A stretch of DNA of 64,000 bases from Acidisoma sp. (GCF_965199065.1 NZ_CBDAQN010000002.1:48213-112212), one strand, 5' to 3'. Positions 38,357 through 48,573 are shown, counted from the first letter of the stretch. Notes: generated by a model not told the origin, from the letters alone. Numbers and translations: made by a program.

Positions 38357-40117
38357 ATGGTCGCGATAAGACTGCCATGGAGATCCGCGGCGGCTGGCGC
38401 CAACGAGGCGCCACCGCCGTCCCTGCCGCGCGACCGGGACGACAGGCTCGACCGGTTGGCTGGCATCATGATCGCGCGCGGGCTCTGCGACGACCGGGGC
38501 CTCGACCGCGCGCGACGGATCGCCGACGAGTCCGGCCAGCGTGTCGACGGCGTTCTCATCCAGCTTGGCCTGCTGACGGAGCGCGGCCTCGCTTCAGCCT
38601 ATGCCGAGCTGCTGGACCTGCCGGTGGCCGCCCCCTCCCGTTTTCCGGCCGAGCCCATCCTTCCCGAGCGGTTGACCGCGCGCTTCCTGCGCCACGCACG
38701 GGCCTTGCCGGTTGCGATAGAAGCAGGACGGCTGGTCATCGCGGTCGCCGACCCTCTCGACCGCTTCACTCCGGCGGCCATTGCCTCCGCCACCGGACAC
38801 ACGGTCGCGATGGAGGTCGCCGTCCCGATCGATCTGGAGGCCGCGTTCGAGCGGCTTTACCCCGATGCCGCTGATGAGACCGCGGCAGCCGATGCTGAGG
38901 CCGAAGGCTCCGAGGAGGATGCCGAGCGGCTGAAGGATCTGGCAAGTGAGGCGCCGGTCATTCGCCTCGTCGCCCAGATCATCTCCCGGGCCGTCGAAGC
39001 CCAGGCCTCCGATATCCACCTCGAACCCTTCGAGGATCGCCTCCGCATCCGCTACCGGCATGACGGCGTCCTGCATGAGGTGGATTCGCAGCCCGCACGC
39101 CTCATCCCGGCCATCATTTCCCGGGTCAAGATCATGGCAAGGCTCGATATTGCTGAGCGACGGCTCCCTCAGGACGGCCGCATCAAGCTCCCCGTGCGCG
39201 GGCAGGATATCGACTTCCGCGTCTCCACCATTCCGTCGCTGCACGGCGAGACGGTGGTGCTGCGTATTCTCGACCGCGGGACGGTCTCGCTCGACTACGA
39301 CAAACTGGGGCTTGCCCCGGCGGTCGTCGGGCGGCTGAACAGCGCGCTGCATCTGCCGAACGGCATCGTGCTCGTCACCGGGCCGACCGGCAGCGGCAAG
39401 ACGACGACGCTCTACACCGGCATCATCCAGATCAACTCGACCATGCGGAAGATCATGACCGTCGAGGACCCGATCGAGTATCAGATCCCCGGCATCACCC
39501 AGACCCAGATCAAGCCGCAGATCGGCCTGACCTTCGCTCATGTGCTCCGGTCGATCCTCCGCCAGGACCCGAACGTCGTCATGATCGGCGAAATCCGCGA
39601 CCTCGAGACGGCGCAGATCGCGGTCAACGGCGCTCTCACCGGGCGTCTCGTGCTGTCGACGCTGCACACCAACTCCGCCGCCTCCAGCATCACCCGGCTG
39701 CGCGACATGGGGCTGGAGGATTACCTCATCACCGCCGTCCTGCGCGGCGTGCTCGCCCAGAGGCTGGTGCGCCGGCTCTGCCCCGATTGCCGCCTGCCCG
39801 TCGCCGCCGCCCCCGAACTCGTCCGGCGCTTCGACCTCGAGCGGCGCTGCGAGGGCGGCCCGATCACCCTCTATCGTCCGGTCGGCTGCCCGCACTGCCG
39901 CGAGACCGGCTACCGAGGCCGTCAGGCCGTCGCCGAGTTCCTACTGCCCGACGAGCGCATCGAGCGCCTCATCTTCAGCCGCGCTGAGCAGTCGGACATC
40001 GAGCGGGCGGCCGTCGAGGGCGGCATGGTGACCATGTTCGAGGCTGGGATCGCGGCGGCGCTCGCCGGCACCACGACGCTGGAAGAGGTGGTGCGGACCT
40101 TGCGCGGCGAGGCCTGA
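38357..40117 (+). CDS. gspE: type II secretion ATPase
   Basis: T2SSE_N-like N-terminus. Walker A GPTGSGKTTTLY, Asp box, Walker B VVMIGEIRD, His box LVLSTLHTN, and tetracysteine CPDC..CPHC. Confidence 0.95.
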   Translation: MVAIRLPWRSAAAGANEAPPPSLPRDRDDRLDRLAGIMIARGLCDDRGLDRARRIADESGQRVDGVLIQLGLLTERGLASAYAELLDLPVAAPSRFPAEPILPERLTARFLRHARALPVAIEAGRLVIAVADPLDRFTPAAIASATGHTVAMEVAVPIDLEAAFERLYPDAADETAAADAEAEGSEEDAERLKDLASEAPVIRLVAQIISRAVEAQASDIHLEPFEDRLRIRYRHDGVLHEVDSQPARLIPAIISRVKIMARLDIAERRLPQDGRIKLPVRGQDIDFRVSTIPSLHGETVVLRILDRGTVSLDYDKLGLAPAVVGRLNSALHLPNGIVLVTGPTGSGKTTTLYTGIIQINSTMRKIMTVEDPIEYQIPGITQTQIKPQIGLTFAHVLRSILRQDPNVVMIGEIRDLETAQIAVNGALTGRLVLSTLHTNSAASSITRLRDMGLEDYLITAVLRGVLAQRLVRRLCPDCRLPVAAAPELVRRFDLERRCEGGPITLYRPVGCPHCRETGYRGRQAVAEFLLPDERIERLIFSRAEQSDIERAAVEGGMVTMFEAGIAAALAGTTTLEEVVRTLRGEA

Positions 40118-40121
40118 CCTC

Positions 40122-41339
40122 ATGCCCGCCTTCCGCTATGTCGCGATCGACCCGGCGGGCAAGATGGCGCGCGGCGTCATGGAGGCCGCGAACGAGGCGG
40201 CGGTCGTGCAGCGCCTGCGACGGGACGGCCATCTGCCGGTCCGCACCGAACCCGACACTGGCGGCTCCTTCCTTGGGCGCATCAATATCGAGATCACGCG
40301 CAGCGGGCTCGGCGCCAAGGACCTCGCCAACTTCACCCGGGAACTTTCCATCATGCTGGCGGCGGGGCAGGATCTCGACCGCGCGCTGCGCTTCCTCGTC
40401 GAGACGTCCGCAAGCCGCCGACTGGCCGCGGTGGTGGAGCAGTTGCGCGGCGCGGTCCGGGACGGCGATTCGTTGGCCGTCGCGATGGGCAAGCAAGGTG
40501 GCAGCTTTCCCCGCCTCTATGTCGGCATGGTGCGCGCCGGCGAGGCGGGCGGCACTCTGGCGACCACGCTCGACCGGCTCGCTCTGGTGCTCGAGCGGCA
40601 GCGCAGCCTGTCGTCCTCCGTGCGGTCGGCCATGGTCTATCCGACGCTGCTGTTCATCGCGATGATCGGCTCGGTGTCGTTCCTGCTGACCTCGGTGCTG
40701 CCGGAGTTCGTGCCCCTGTTCGCCCAGAACGGCGCCAAGCTCCCGGCCTCGACGCAACTCCTCGTCGATCTCGGCCACGTCGTGGCGACCGATGGGCTCT
40801 ATATCCTCATCGGGCTCGCCGTCTGCGCGTTGCTGATCGTCCAGGCGCTGCGCCAGCCGCGCATCCGCTTGGTGTTCGACCGTCTGATGCTCCGGCTGCC
40901 CATCCTCGGGCGGCTGGCGCGCGAGGTGCTGGCGGCGCGGTTCAGCCGCACCTTCGGGACGCTCATGCTCAACGGCGTGCCGCTGATCGCCGCCTTGGGC
41001 ATCGTGCGGGAGGCGATCGGCAATCGCGCTGCGGTCGCCGCCGTCGATGCCGCGACGGTCAGCGCCAAGAGCGGCAGCGGCCTGTCGCGCCCTCTATCCG
41101 AGGCCGGCATCTTCCCGGTCCGCATGATCTATCTGCTGCGCCTCGGCGAGGAAACGGCGCAGCTGGGCCAGATGGCGCTGCGCGCCGCCGAGATCCACGA
41201 GGAGGAGACACGGCTCGGCATTCAGCGGCTGGTGTCGCTGCTGGTGCCCGCCATCACCATTCTGATGGGCGCGGCGGTCGCCGGGATCGTGTCCTCGCTG
41301 ATCCTCGCCATGCTCAGCCTGAACAACCTTGCCGGCTGA
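40122..41339 (+). CDS. gspF: type II secretion inner-membrane platform protein
   Basis: 405 aa with two T2SSF repeats (..FTRELSIMLAAGQDLDRALRFL.. and ..FSRTFGTLMLNGVPLIAAL..) and 3 TM segments. Confidence 0.9.
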   Translation: MPAFRYVAIDPAGKMARGVMEAANEAAVVQRLRRDGHLPVRTEPDTGGSFLGRINIEITRSGLGAKDLANFTRELSIMLAAGQDLDRALRFLVETSASRRLAAVVEQLRGAVRDGDSLAVAMGKQGGSFPRLYVGMVRAGEAGGTLATTLDRLALVLERQRSLSSSVRSAMVYPTLLFIAMIGSVSFLLTSVLPEFVPLFAQNGAKLPASTQLLVDLGHVVATDGLYILIGLAVCALLIVQALRQPRIRLVFDRLMLRLPILGRLAREVLAARFSRTFGTLMLNGVPLIAALGIVREAIGNRAAVAAVDAATVSAKSGSGLSRPLSEAGIFPVRMIYLLRLGEETAQLGQMALRAAEIHEEETRLGIQRLVSLLVPAITILMGAAVAGIVSSLILAMLSLNNLAG

Positions 41340-41787
41340 GACGCCCCGCGCCCGGACGGCGGGTTTCACGCTCATCGAGGTGCTGGTGGTCCTGGTCATT
41401 CTGGGGCTGACCATCGCGCTGATCGTGTCGCGTGGGCCTGCCCGCAGCACGGGCTTCGATCTCCGCGCGACCGCCGGGGACATCGCCCAGCAGCTGCGCC
41501 TCGCCCGGTCGGAGGCCATCGCGACAGACCGGCTGACGCGCTTCACCCTGAACCCCGCCGGCCGGCGGTACGAGACGAACGGAGTCGCCGGGCCTCTCCT
41601 CCCGCCGGAAGTCGCCGTTGCCATGACGACGGAGACGGGCGGCAAGCCGCGGCCGCTGAGCGCCATCACCTTCGCGCCCGACGGCAGTTCCTCCGGCGGG
41701 CGCGTGGTTCTGGTGGCGGGCGTCAACGCCGTGGCGGTCGTCGTGGACTGGCTGACCGGCCGGGTGAGCGTCACGAATGCGGCGTGA
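41329..41787 (+). CDS. gspH: minor pseudopilin GspH-like
   Basis: Prepilin motif G|FTLIEVLVVLVILGL. C-terminus ..ITFAPDGSSSGGRVVL....DWLTGRVSV is typical of GspH. Confidence 0.75.
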   Translation: MPAETPRARTAGFTLIEVLVVLVILGLTIALIVSRGPARSTGFDLRATAGDIAQQLRLARSEAIATDRLTRFTLNPAGRRYETNGVAGPLLPPEVAVAMTTETGGKPRPLSAITFAPDGSSSGGRVVLVAGVNAVAVVVDWLTGRVSVTNAA

Positions 41788-42202
41788 GGCTCGGGGCTTC
41801 ACCCTGCTCGAGGTGCTCGTCGCGCTGGTGATCGCGGGGCTCGCTCTGGGCGCGCTGTTCTCAGGCGCTGTCACCGGGATGCGCTCGGCGCGGCTGTCGC
41901 TGGATTATGCCGAGGCGGTGTCGCGCGCGCGGTCGCACCTCGCCGTCGCCGGCATCGGCGCGCCGCTGGTCGCGGGGACGCAGCAGGGGGACGACGGGCA
42001 GGGCTTCACCTGGCGTGTCACCGTGCAACCCCTCTCCACGACCGCCCTGCGGAACGCCAGCCCCCTGGCCGGTTCCACGACCGCCACGCGGGTGTCGCTA
42101 TTCGCCGTCACCGTCGTCATCGGCTGGACGAAGGACGGCGGCCACCGGCAGGTGGAGCTGACGACCGAGCGCATCGGTCCGGCACCCGCGGCGCGTCCAT
42201 GA
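41777..42202 (+). CDS. gspI: minor pseudopilin GspI-like
   Basis: G|FTLLEVLVALVIAGLALGALF; size (141 aa) and position fit GspI. Confidence 0.7.
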   Translation: MRREARGFTLLEVLVALVIAGLALGALFSGAVTGMRSARLSLDYAEAVSRARSHLAVAGIGAPLVAGTQQGDDGQGFTWRVTVQPLSTTALRNASPLAGSTTATRVSLFAVTVVIGWTKDGGHRQVELTTERIGPAPAARP

Positions 42203-42798
42203 GGTCCGGCAAGTCCGCGGCGGGCTTCACCCTTCTGGAAGTGCTGGTCTCGCTGGTCGTCCTCGCCCTGATCATTCTCGGGCTGTCCCAGGGATTGCGC
42301 TTCGGTGTCCTCGCCTTCCAGCACCAGGCGGCCACCATCGATCGTGCCGCCAATCTGGATGCGGTGGACCGGACGCTGCGCGGCCTCATCGAACAGATCG
42401 ACCCCGGCAATCGCCACGACGCGCCCGAGATCGCCGGCAATGCGCGGAGCGTGGAGTTCACCTCGGAGCTGCCGGAGGGGGCCGCTGCGGCGCTCGGATC
42501 GCGGGAAGCCGAGATCCGCATCCTCGTCGATCACGACCATCGGCTAATTCTGCGATGGGCGCCATATCGGCACGCGAAGCCCGCCGGGCCACCCACGCCC
42601 CCAGTCGACACCGTGCTTCTCCCGCAGGTCGATCACATCACCATAAGCTACTGGGCGCACGCGGGGCCGCCGCACTGGCTGGCCACGTGGAACAGCCCCG
42701 AGGTTCCGGCGCTTATCCGCATCAGCCTCACCTTTCAGCACGGCACAGGGATCGACTGGCCCGATATCGTTGCCGCTCCGCAACGCAGCCGGCCCTGA
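42199..42798 (+). CDS. gspJ: minor pseudopilin GspJ-like
   Basis: G|FTLLEVLVSLVVLALIILGL; 199 aa; overlaps the gspI stop. Confidence 0.7.
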   Translation: MRSGKSAAGFTLLEVLVSLVVLALIILGLSQGLRFGVLAFQHQAATIDRAANLDAVDRTLRGLIEQIDPGNRHDAPEIAGNARSVEFTSELPEGAAAALGSREAEIRILVDHDHRLILRWAPYRHAKPAGPPTPPVDTVLLPQVDHITISYWAHAGPPHWLATWNSPEVPALIRISLTFQHGTGIDWPDIVAAPQRSRP

Positions 42799-42922
42799 CG
42801 GCATCCGGCCGCCTTTGCATCTGTCGGGGCAGCCAAGCCGTAGTCAGCTAAACTCCTTGCCAGCATTGGCCAGAGAAGAGAGATACACGTTCAGGGATTA
42901 AGAAGGTTCACAGCGGACGCTG

Positions 42923-43975
42923 ATGCTGAAGGAATTCGTGACCTGGTGGGCGAGGCAATGGCTGGATCTGCTTCCGCCGCAACTGACTGCGACCAACCGA
43001 TGGAGCAACGCCCTGGTCATCGATCTGCCGACGGAGCGGGACGAGACGGGGTCGATTCCCTTCGCCCTGATCCGCCGCCTCCGTGGGAAGGAGACGCCGC
43101 TCGGACGCTTCCGGACCGATGACAGTGGGATCGCCGCCATCCGCCGCGCACGCCGGGTGAAGGGCCGAAGCCTCGATATTCTGCTGCGCCTGTGGCCCGG
43201 CGCGCTGCTGGAGCATCGCTTCGCCATACCGCTCGCGGCCGAACACGACGCCGCCGAGGTGCTGCGCTACGAGATCGACCGCGTGACGCCCTTTACCGCC
43301 GAGGACATCTTCTGGACCTGGGAGGCCGAGCGCCGCGACCGAGAGCGCGGTCGCCTCTTCGTGCGGCTCTCTCTGGTTCCGCGTGCGTCCGTTCTAAGCG
43401 GCCTCAGGGTTCTGGCTGCTGCTGGGCTCTCTCCGCGCCGGCTTGAGGTGGCCGCCGAGGACGGGTCGCTCCGCCACCTGCCATTGCAGACGGACGCTCG
43501 CGCGGGGGAAACGCTGCAGCGCGGCGTCGTCCGTGTCCTCGCCGCCGTCTGCGCTGTGCTGGCGATCGTTGCCGGCGTCTTGCCCTTCGTGTTCCAGCAG
43601 GCACGCATCCAGCACACGGAACGTGAGATCGCGCAGCTTCAGCCCCGTGTCTCGGAAGCCGTCATGCTTCGACGTCGCATCTTGGGGCAGGCTGCGGGAG
43701 CCGATGTGATCGCGGCCGCCGAGGTCCGGATCGGCGATGCCGTTCAGGCCTTGGCCGCCGTTACCGAGGTAATGCCCGACAACACCTTCCTTACCGCGTT
43801 CAGCCTGTCGCAGCGCAATCTCAGCCTGACCGGCCAGTCCACCGATCCGGCCGGGTTGATTGCCGCCATGTCCGCCGACCCGATGATCGCCAGCCCCAGC
43901 TTCTCCGCGCCGGTCACCGCAGCCCCGACAGGCAAGGGCAGCTTGTTCTCGATCAACGCCGAGTTGGCACCTTAA
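42923..43975 (+). CDS. gspL: GspL-like assembly platform protein (cytoplasmic domain, TM, PilN-like periplasmic domain)
   Basis: 350 aa with a single central TM (VVRVLAAVCAVLAIVAGVLPFV). Sits before gspM. Weak motif evidence; called mainly from architecture and order. Confidence 0.55.
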   Translation: MLKEFVTWWARQWLDLLPPQLTATNRWSNALVIDLPTERDETGSIPFALIRRLRGKETPLGRFRTDDSGIAAIRRARRVKGRSLDILLRLWPGALLEHRFAIPLAAEHDAAEVLRYEIDRVTPFTAEDIFWTWEAERRDRERGRLFVRLSLVPRASVLSGLRVLAAAGLSPRRLEVAAEDGSLRHLPLQTDARAGETLQRGVVRVLAAVCAVLAIVAGVLPFVFQQARIQHTEREIAQLQPRVSEAVMLRRRILGQAAGADVIAAAEVRIGDAVQALAAVTEVMPDNTFLTAFSLSQRNLSLTGQSTDPAGLIAAMSADPMIASPSFSAPVTAAPTGKGSLFSINAELAP

Positions 43976-43993
43976 GCTGCTAATCCGTCGGCC

Positions 43994-44569
43994 ATGAGCG
44001 AAACCCTCCCTAGCGGCCGACGCGGCCAATTGCTCGCGGTCGGACTGACGATCGCCGGGCTTGCTGTGCTCTGGGTCGCGATCGTGGGCCCCCTGATGTC
44101 CTGGTACGAGGCGCGGTCGCAGGGTCTCGAAGATCGCCGGATGGTCGCGGCGCGGATGGCCCGGATCGCCCAGACCATCCCCGACCTCATGCGGCAGGCC
44201 GAGGCGCTGCGCGCGGCTGCACCCGCCGGCCGCGACATCGCTCTCGAGGCGCCGAGCGATGCCGTCGCGGGCGCACGCCTGCAGCAGCGGATGCAGGACC
44301 TGGCGACGGCCGCGGGCATCCGGTTCAGCAGCATCGAGACCTTGCCCGCGCAGCAGCAAGGCGGCTATCGGCGCATCAGCCTACGGGTGACGTGCTCCGC
44401 CGCTTTGCCGGTCCTGGTCGGTTTGCTGCAGAAGCTGGAGGTTTCAAACCCGAGAATGCTGATCGACGATCTCGATCTAGACGCCTCGCCGGACCTCAAC
44501 CGTCCCGACGGCATCGCGATCGGGGCCAATTTCACAGTGATCGCCTTCCGTCCGGGAAGCGCGCCTTGA
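43994..44569 (+). CDS. gspM: GspM-like protein
   Basis: 191 aa; N-terminal TM (LLAVGLTIAGLAVLWVAIVGPL) followed by a ferredoxin-like-sized periplasmic domain; operon position. Confidence 0.55.
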   Translation: MSETLPSGRRGQLLAVGLTIAGLAVLWVAIVGPLMSWYEARSQGLEDRRMVAARMARIAQTIPDLMRQAEALRAAAPAGRDIALEAPSDAVAGARLQQRMQDLATAAGIRFSSIETLPAQQQGGYRRISLRVTCSAALPVLVGLLQKLEVSNPRMLIDDLDLDASPDLNRPDGIAIGANFTVIAFRPGSAP

Positions 44570-45246
44570 CCAGGCTGGCCATTCTGATGCTCGCCTGTCT
44601 GGCGGTCGTGCTGGGCGGAGTCATTGCAATCGAAGCGAAGCCTCAGAACGTGAGGCGATCCGTTCCGCCGGCAGAGGATCTGGTGCGGGCCGGCCCGGTC
44701 GTTCCCCATGGCGGCGACGCGCGGCAGGTTCAGTCCTGGGTCGAGGCAATCCTCGCCCGGCCGCTCTTCGTGCCCTCGCGTCGGCCACCCGCGGCTGCTG
44801 CCGGCCCGGGCGACAGCGGCCCGGGCTTCCCGCGGCTCACCGGCATCATCATCATGCCGCAGCAGCGCGAGGCCATTTTTGCGGCGCCCGGGAAGTCGCA
44901 GCCGATCGTGGTGAGCGCGGGCAGCCGCCTCAACGGCGTGCTGATCAAGTCGATCGATGCCGGCGCGATCGTCGTCGTCGATGCCGCGGGGGCTCGCATT
45001 ATCCGCCCGTCCTTCGCCGCCGGAACAGCCTCGGGCTCACTTGTCCCTACCGCTCCGCGCCCACTTTCCGTCACGGTCGACCAGCCGCCCGTGCCAACGC
45101 CGCACGGCACCTCGCCTTTTGCCTCCATCCCAGGACTTAGCGGCCGTCCGTTGGGTCTGGCGGCCCAGCCCGATGCCTCGCCGCCTCCGGGTGGGGGCGC
45201 GACCAACACTTTGCCATCTATTGCTTCTCCCGGAGTTTCGCCATGA
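44566..45246 (+). CDS. GspC/GspN-like (TM plus HR/PilP-like domain, Pro-rich tail)
   Basis: In-frame TTG 44566 overlaps the gspM stop and gives MTRLAILMLACLAVVLGGV. The segment LTGIIIMPQQREAIFAAPGKSQPIVVSAGSRLNGVLIKSIDAGAIVVVD resembles the secretin-binding HR domain. Confidence 0.5.
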   Translation: MTRLAILMLACLAVVLGGVIAIEAKPQNVRRSVPPAEDLVRAGPVVPHGGDARQVQSWVEAILARPLFVPSRRPPAAAAGPGDSGPGFPRLTGIIIMPQQREAIFAAPGKSQPIVVSAGSRLNGVLIKSIDAGAIVVVDAAGARIIRPSFAAGTASGSLVPTAPRPLSVTVDQPPVPTPHGTSPFASIPGLSGRPLGLAAQPDASPPPGGGATNTLPSIASPGVSP

Positions 45247-47585
45247 AGCGTCTGTTTCCCTTGGCCCTCGCACTGGCCGTAGCGGGAACGGGTGCGGGTT
45301 GCGCGCCGACCGAAGGTCCGCCGCGGGCGCTCGCGCCGCAACTTGTGCCCGATACCAATCATCCGGATTATCGCGTCAGCGGGCCGATCGGCAGTCCGAA
45401 AGCGCTGCAGCAGCCGTTGTTATCGTACGGTTCCTCGGGCACGGTCTCGCTTCCCGCACAGCAAGGCGCGGGCGCCGGGGATGTCTCGCTCGATTTCGCG
45501 GACACCGACATCCGCGAGGTCGTCGCGCAGATCCTCGGCTCGATCCTGAAGGTCAACTACACCATCGACCCGGCCGTCCACGGCACGGCGACGCTGCATA
45601 CGGTGACGCCGCTGGCGCGCTCGCAGCTGCTGCCGACCCTGGAGGCCCTGCTGTCCGAAACCGGCGCTACCCTCGTCGATACCGACGGTCTCTACCGGGT
45701 GCTTCCCGCCGCGGCCCCGGGAAGCGGGAGCGCGAGCAGTGCCGGCCTTGCGAGCGGAGGCGGAACGTCAGGCGCCCAGCTTGTGCCTCTCCGCTACGTC
45801 TCGGCGACCGACCTCGCCAAGGTGTTGCAGCCTTTCGCAGGACAGTCGGCACGGATCGCCGTCGACCCCGGTAGCAACAGTCTCGTCATCGCCGGCGATC
45901 CGGATGCGCGGGACGCGCTCGTGGCCCTCGCGCAGGCCTTCGACACGAACCTCCTGGCCGGACAATCCTACGCGCTGCTCCCATCGCCACAGGGCGGCGC
46001 GGCCGACTTCGCGACCGAGTTGCAGACGGCTTTCCGTGCTCAGGGTGGGGGGCTGACGAACCTGGTGCGCGTGGTGCCGATGGAACGTGCCGGGGCGGTG
46101 CTCGTCATCGCCTCCCAGCCTGAATACATCGACGCGGCCCGGCGCGTGTACGATCTGCTCGAGCGGAAGCAACGCGCGACCGTGCGTAGCTGGAACGTGT
46201 ACTACCTCAAGGATGCGAAGGCGGAGGATGCGGCCTACCTGCTCCAGGAGGCCTTCACCCCGGACAACGTGACCGCGACCCCGAGCAGCACCACGACGAG
46301 CCAGCAGAGCGGCACGTCCGCCACCGGGGGCGCCGGCACCCCCGGCATCGGCACCGGAACGAGTGCCGGCGCGGGCGCAGGGGGCAGCAGCCAGACCGCC
46401 GTCGGTGGGGGCATCGGCACCGGCACCGCCATCAACGGCACGTCCGGCGGCATATTGGGCGGCGGCAACTCGGAGCCGGCGGCAACCGGCGGTTCGTCCT
46501 CGGGGCAGAGCGCCGCGCCGAGCCAGACCGCGGCCAATCCTCTTCTGGGCGGTCTAAGCGCCAGCGGCGGCGGCGCGGGTGGCGCCAGCGACGCCGACGC
46601 CCTCCGCATCATCCCGGACGACCACAACAACTCGGTGATGATCTACGCGACGCAGGACGAGGAAGAGCGCATCGACGCCATGCTGCGCAAGATCGATATC
46701 CTGCCGCTGCAGGTGCGTATCGACGCGACCATCGCCGAGGTCACGCTCAACAGTGCGCTGCAATACGGCACGCAATTCTTCTTCAGGTCCGGGGGCATTA
46801 ACGGCATTCTGAACAACACGGCCGCCGCGACCCCCTTGGGCACGCCAAGCTCCACTGTCTTGTCAACGGCTTTCCCCGGGTTCGTCCTCAGCGGCAACGG
46901 GGCCGGCGGCGCGCCGATCGCGCTGCAGGCATTGCAGGCGGTGACGACGGTGAAGGTGCTGTCCTCACCGGAGCTGATGGTGCTGGACGGAGAGACTGCC
47001 CGGCTGCAGGTGGGCCAGCTGGTGCCATACCTCGCGTCGAGTTCGCAAAGCACCGTGGCCAACTCGGCGGTCATCAACAACATCAACTATCAGCCGACGG
47101 GCGTCATCATGAGCGTGACGCCCCGGATCAGCGAGGGCGGCCGTGTCACGCTCGACATCTCACAGCAGGTGAGCGCAGTCGACACCTCGGTCAGCACGTC
47201 GACCACCGGCATCTCGTCGCCAACCTTCTCGGAGCAGGACGTCTCCTCGCGCGTGACGGTGCAGGATGGGCAGACGGTCGGCTTGGCGGGGCTGATTACC
47301 GATAATCTCACCAAGACGAACTCCGGCATTCCGTTTCTGAAGGACATCCCGCTGATCGGCCTGCTCGCAGGCACGCAGAACAACACTCGCACGCGGGACG
47401 AGCTGCTCATCCTCATCACGCCGCACGTGCAGTACGATGAGAACGACGCGCGCGCGCTGACGGCGGATCTGCAGTCGCAGCTGCAGGACGCGGCCACTGT
47501 TCCGGGTGAACTGAACAGCCTGCAATCACCCGGGTCGGATGATCCGAATTCGGTCGTGCGCCGGCAACTCCGGCTGGATCAGTAA
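45243..47585 (+). CDS. gspD: type II secretion secretin, with lipobox-like signal and a long G/S/T/A-rich insert
   Basis: N0-like VSLDFADTDIREVVAQILGSILKVNYTIDP. Secretin core ..VLSSPELMVLDGETARLQVGQLVPY..GIPFLKDIPLIGLL..ELLILITPHV. Signal MKRLFPLALALAVAGTGAGC. Confidence 0.95.
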   Translation: MKRLFPLALALAVAGTGAGCAPTEGPPRALAPQLVPDTNHPDYRVSGPIGSPKALQQPLLSYGSSGTVSLPAQQGAGAGDVSLDFADTDIREVVAQILGSILKVNYTIDPAVHGTATLHTVTPLARSQLLPTLEALLSETGATLVDTDGLYRVLPAAAPGSGSASSAGLASGGGTSGAQLVPLRYVSATDLAKVLQPFAGQSARIAVDPGSNSLVIAGDPDARDALVALAQAFDTNLLAGQSYALLPSPQGGAADFATELQTAFRAQGGGLTNLVRVVPMERAGAVLVIASQPEYIDAARRVYDLLERKQRATVRSWNVYYLKDAKAEDAAYLLQEAFTPDNVTATPSSTTTSQQSGTSATGGAGTPGIGTGTSAGAGAGGSSQTAVGGGIGTGTAINGTSGGILGGGNSEPAATGGSSSGQSAAPSQTAANPLLGGLSASGGGAGGASDADALRIIPDDHNNSVMIYATQDEEERIDAMLRKIDILPLQVRIDATIAEVTLNSALQYGTQFFFRSGGINGILNNTAAATPLGTPSSTVLSTAFPGFVLSGNGAGGAPIALQALQAVTTVKVLSSPELMVLDGETARLQVGQLVPYLASSSQSTVANSAVINNINYQPTGVIMSVTPRISEGGRVTLDISQQVSAVDTSVSTSTTGISSPTFSEQDVSSRVTVQDGQTVGLAGLITDNLTKTNSGIPFLKDIPLIGLLAGTQNNTRTRDELLILITPHVQYDENDARALTADLQSQLQDAATVPGELNSLQSPGSDDPNSVVRRQLRLDQ

Positions 47586-47590
47586 TACTG

Positions 47591-48394
47591 ATGCGGCTGC
47601 CTCGCCGCCTGGAGCATCCGCGCGGTTTTGCGCTCCTGATCGTCTTGTGGTCGATGGTGCTGCTGTCGCTGTTGTTCGCGCGGCTCGTCTCCGCCGGACG
47701 AAGCGAAGCGGAGATCGCGTTCAACCTGCGCGCGGCGGCGCAAAGGCAAGCTCAGGCCGACGGGCTTCTCTATAGTGTCATCTTCAGCCTGCTCGGCCCC
47801 GGCCGACATTGGCCGGCGGATGGAGCCGCACATCGCATTCGGCTTCCCGCGGCGGTCGCAAGCGTCTCCATCGAGAACCTGGACGGCCTCATCAATCCGA
47901 ACACCGCGTCGCCGGCCCTGCTTTATGCGCTGCTCTCGCGAGTGGGGGCTGACGCGACAACGGCTCGCAGCGTGTCGCAGGCGATGGCGGACTGGCGGTC
48001 GCCGGATGCGCAGGGTGTCTTTGAAGCGCCACAGTATCTGAGCGCGGGCCTGTCCTACACGCCTGCGGGATCGCCGTTCCAGAGCATCGGCGAACTCGGG
48101 CTCGTTCTTGGGATGACGCCGGAACTTCTCGCCAAGCTGGCGCCGCATCTATCGCTGTATAATGGTGACAACCCAAACCCGGATGATGCGGATCCGGTCG
48201 TCCGCCACGCACTGCGTGACACTGGGACGGTCGGAACATCCGGAGCCTCGCACCCACTACGGGTCGTCGCTGTCGACATCGTCATTTCCGGGGCGGGCGG
48301 CACCGAGGCGTCGCGACAAGCCGACGTGCAACTGCAAAGCTCCTCATCACCCACAGGTTTTCAAATTTTAACCTGGGAGAGCGGAGGGGCCTAG
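47591..48394 (+). CDS. gspK: minor pseudopilin GspK-like (short)
   Basis: RGFALLIVLWSMVLLSLLF (GspK-type, no Phe+1 methylation motif) and ..LINPNTASPALLYALL.. (helix-hairpin-helix-like). Confidence 0.7.
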   Translation: MRLPRRLEHPRGFALLIVLWSMVLLSLLFARLVSAGRSEAEIAFNLRAAAQRQAQADGLLYSVIFSLLGPGRHWPADGAAHRIRLPAAVASVSIENLDGLINPNTASPALLYALLSRVGADATTARSVSQAMADWRSPDAQGVFEAPQYLSAGLSYTPAGSPFQSIGELGLVLGMTPELLAKLAPHLSLYNGDNPNPDDADPVVRHALRDTGTVGTSGASHPLRVVAVDIVISGAGGTEASRQADVQLQSSSSPTGFQILTWESGGA

Positions 48395-48573
48395 GCCGCG
48401 ACACTTGGCCGATGATGCTGCATTGCACAATCAAGCAGGCCCGCAGCCGCTGCTGTCTCATGGAAGTTTCCGGAACTTTTCGAAAAAAGTACTGCATCCA
48501 ACAGAGAGTTAATGCGGTAGTGAGATCGTGGCCGCTCAAAGCAGGTCACGGCAGCTTTTAGGGGGTCTTCCTA

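Noticed and set aside
38594-39895. 433-aa minus-strand ORF
   Set aside because: Antisense to gspE, which has Walker A/B, His box and CxxC motifs. No motifs of its own.
46235-46630. 131-aa minus-strand ORF and other small ORFs inside gspD
   Set aside because: They coincide with the G/S/T/A low-complexity segment of the secretin, where repetitive GC-rich codons leave all frames open.
48468-48486. Adjacent palindromes TTCCGGAA and TTTTCGAAAA upstream of ferritin-like paralogue 1 as a shared operator
   Set aside because: I could not find the same motif upstream of paralogues 2 and 3 or of gspG. Short A/T palindromes are expected by chance in AT-richer promoters.
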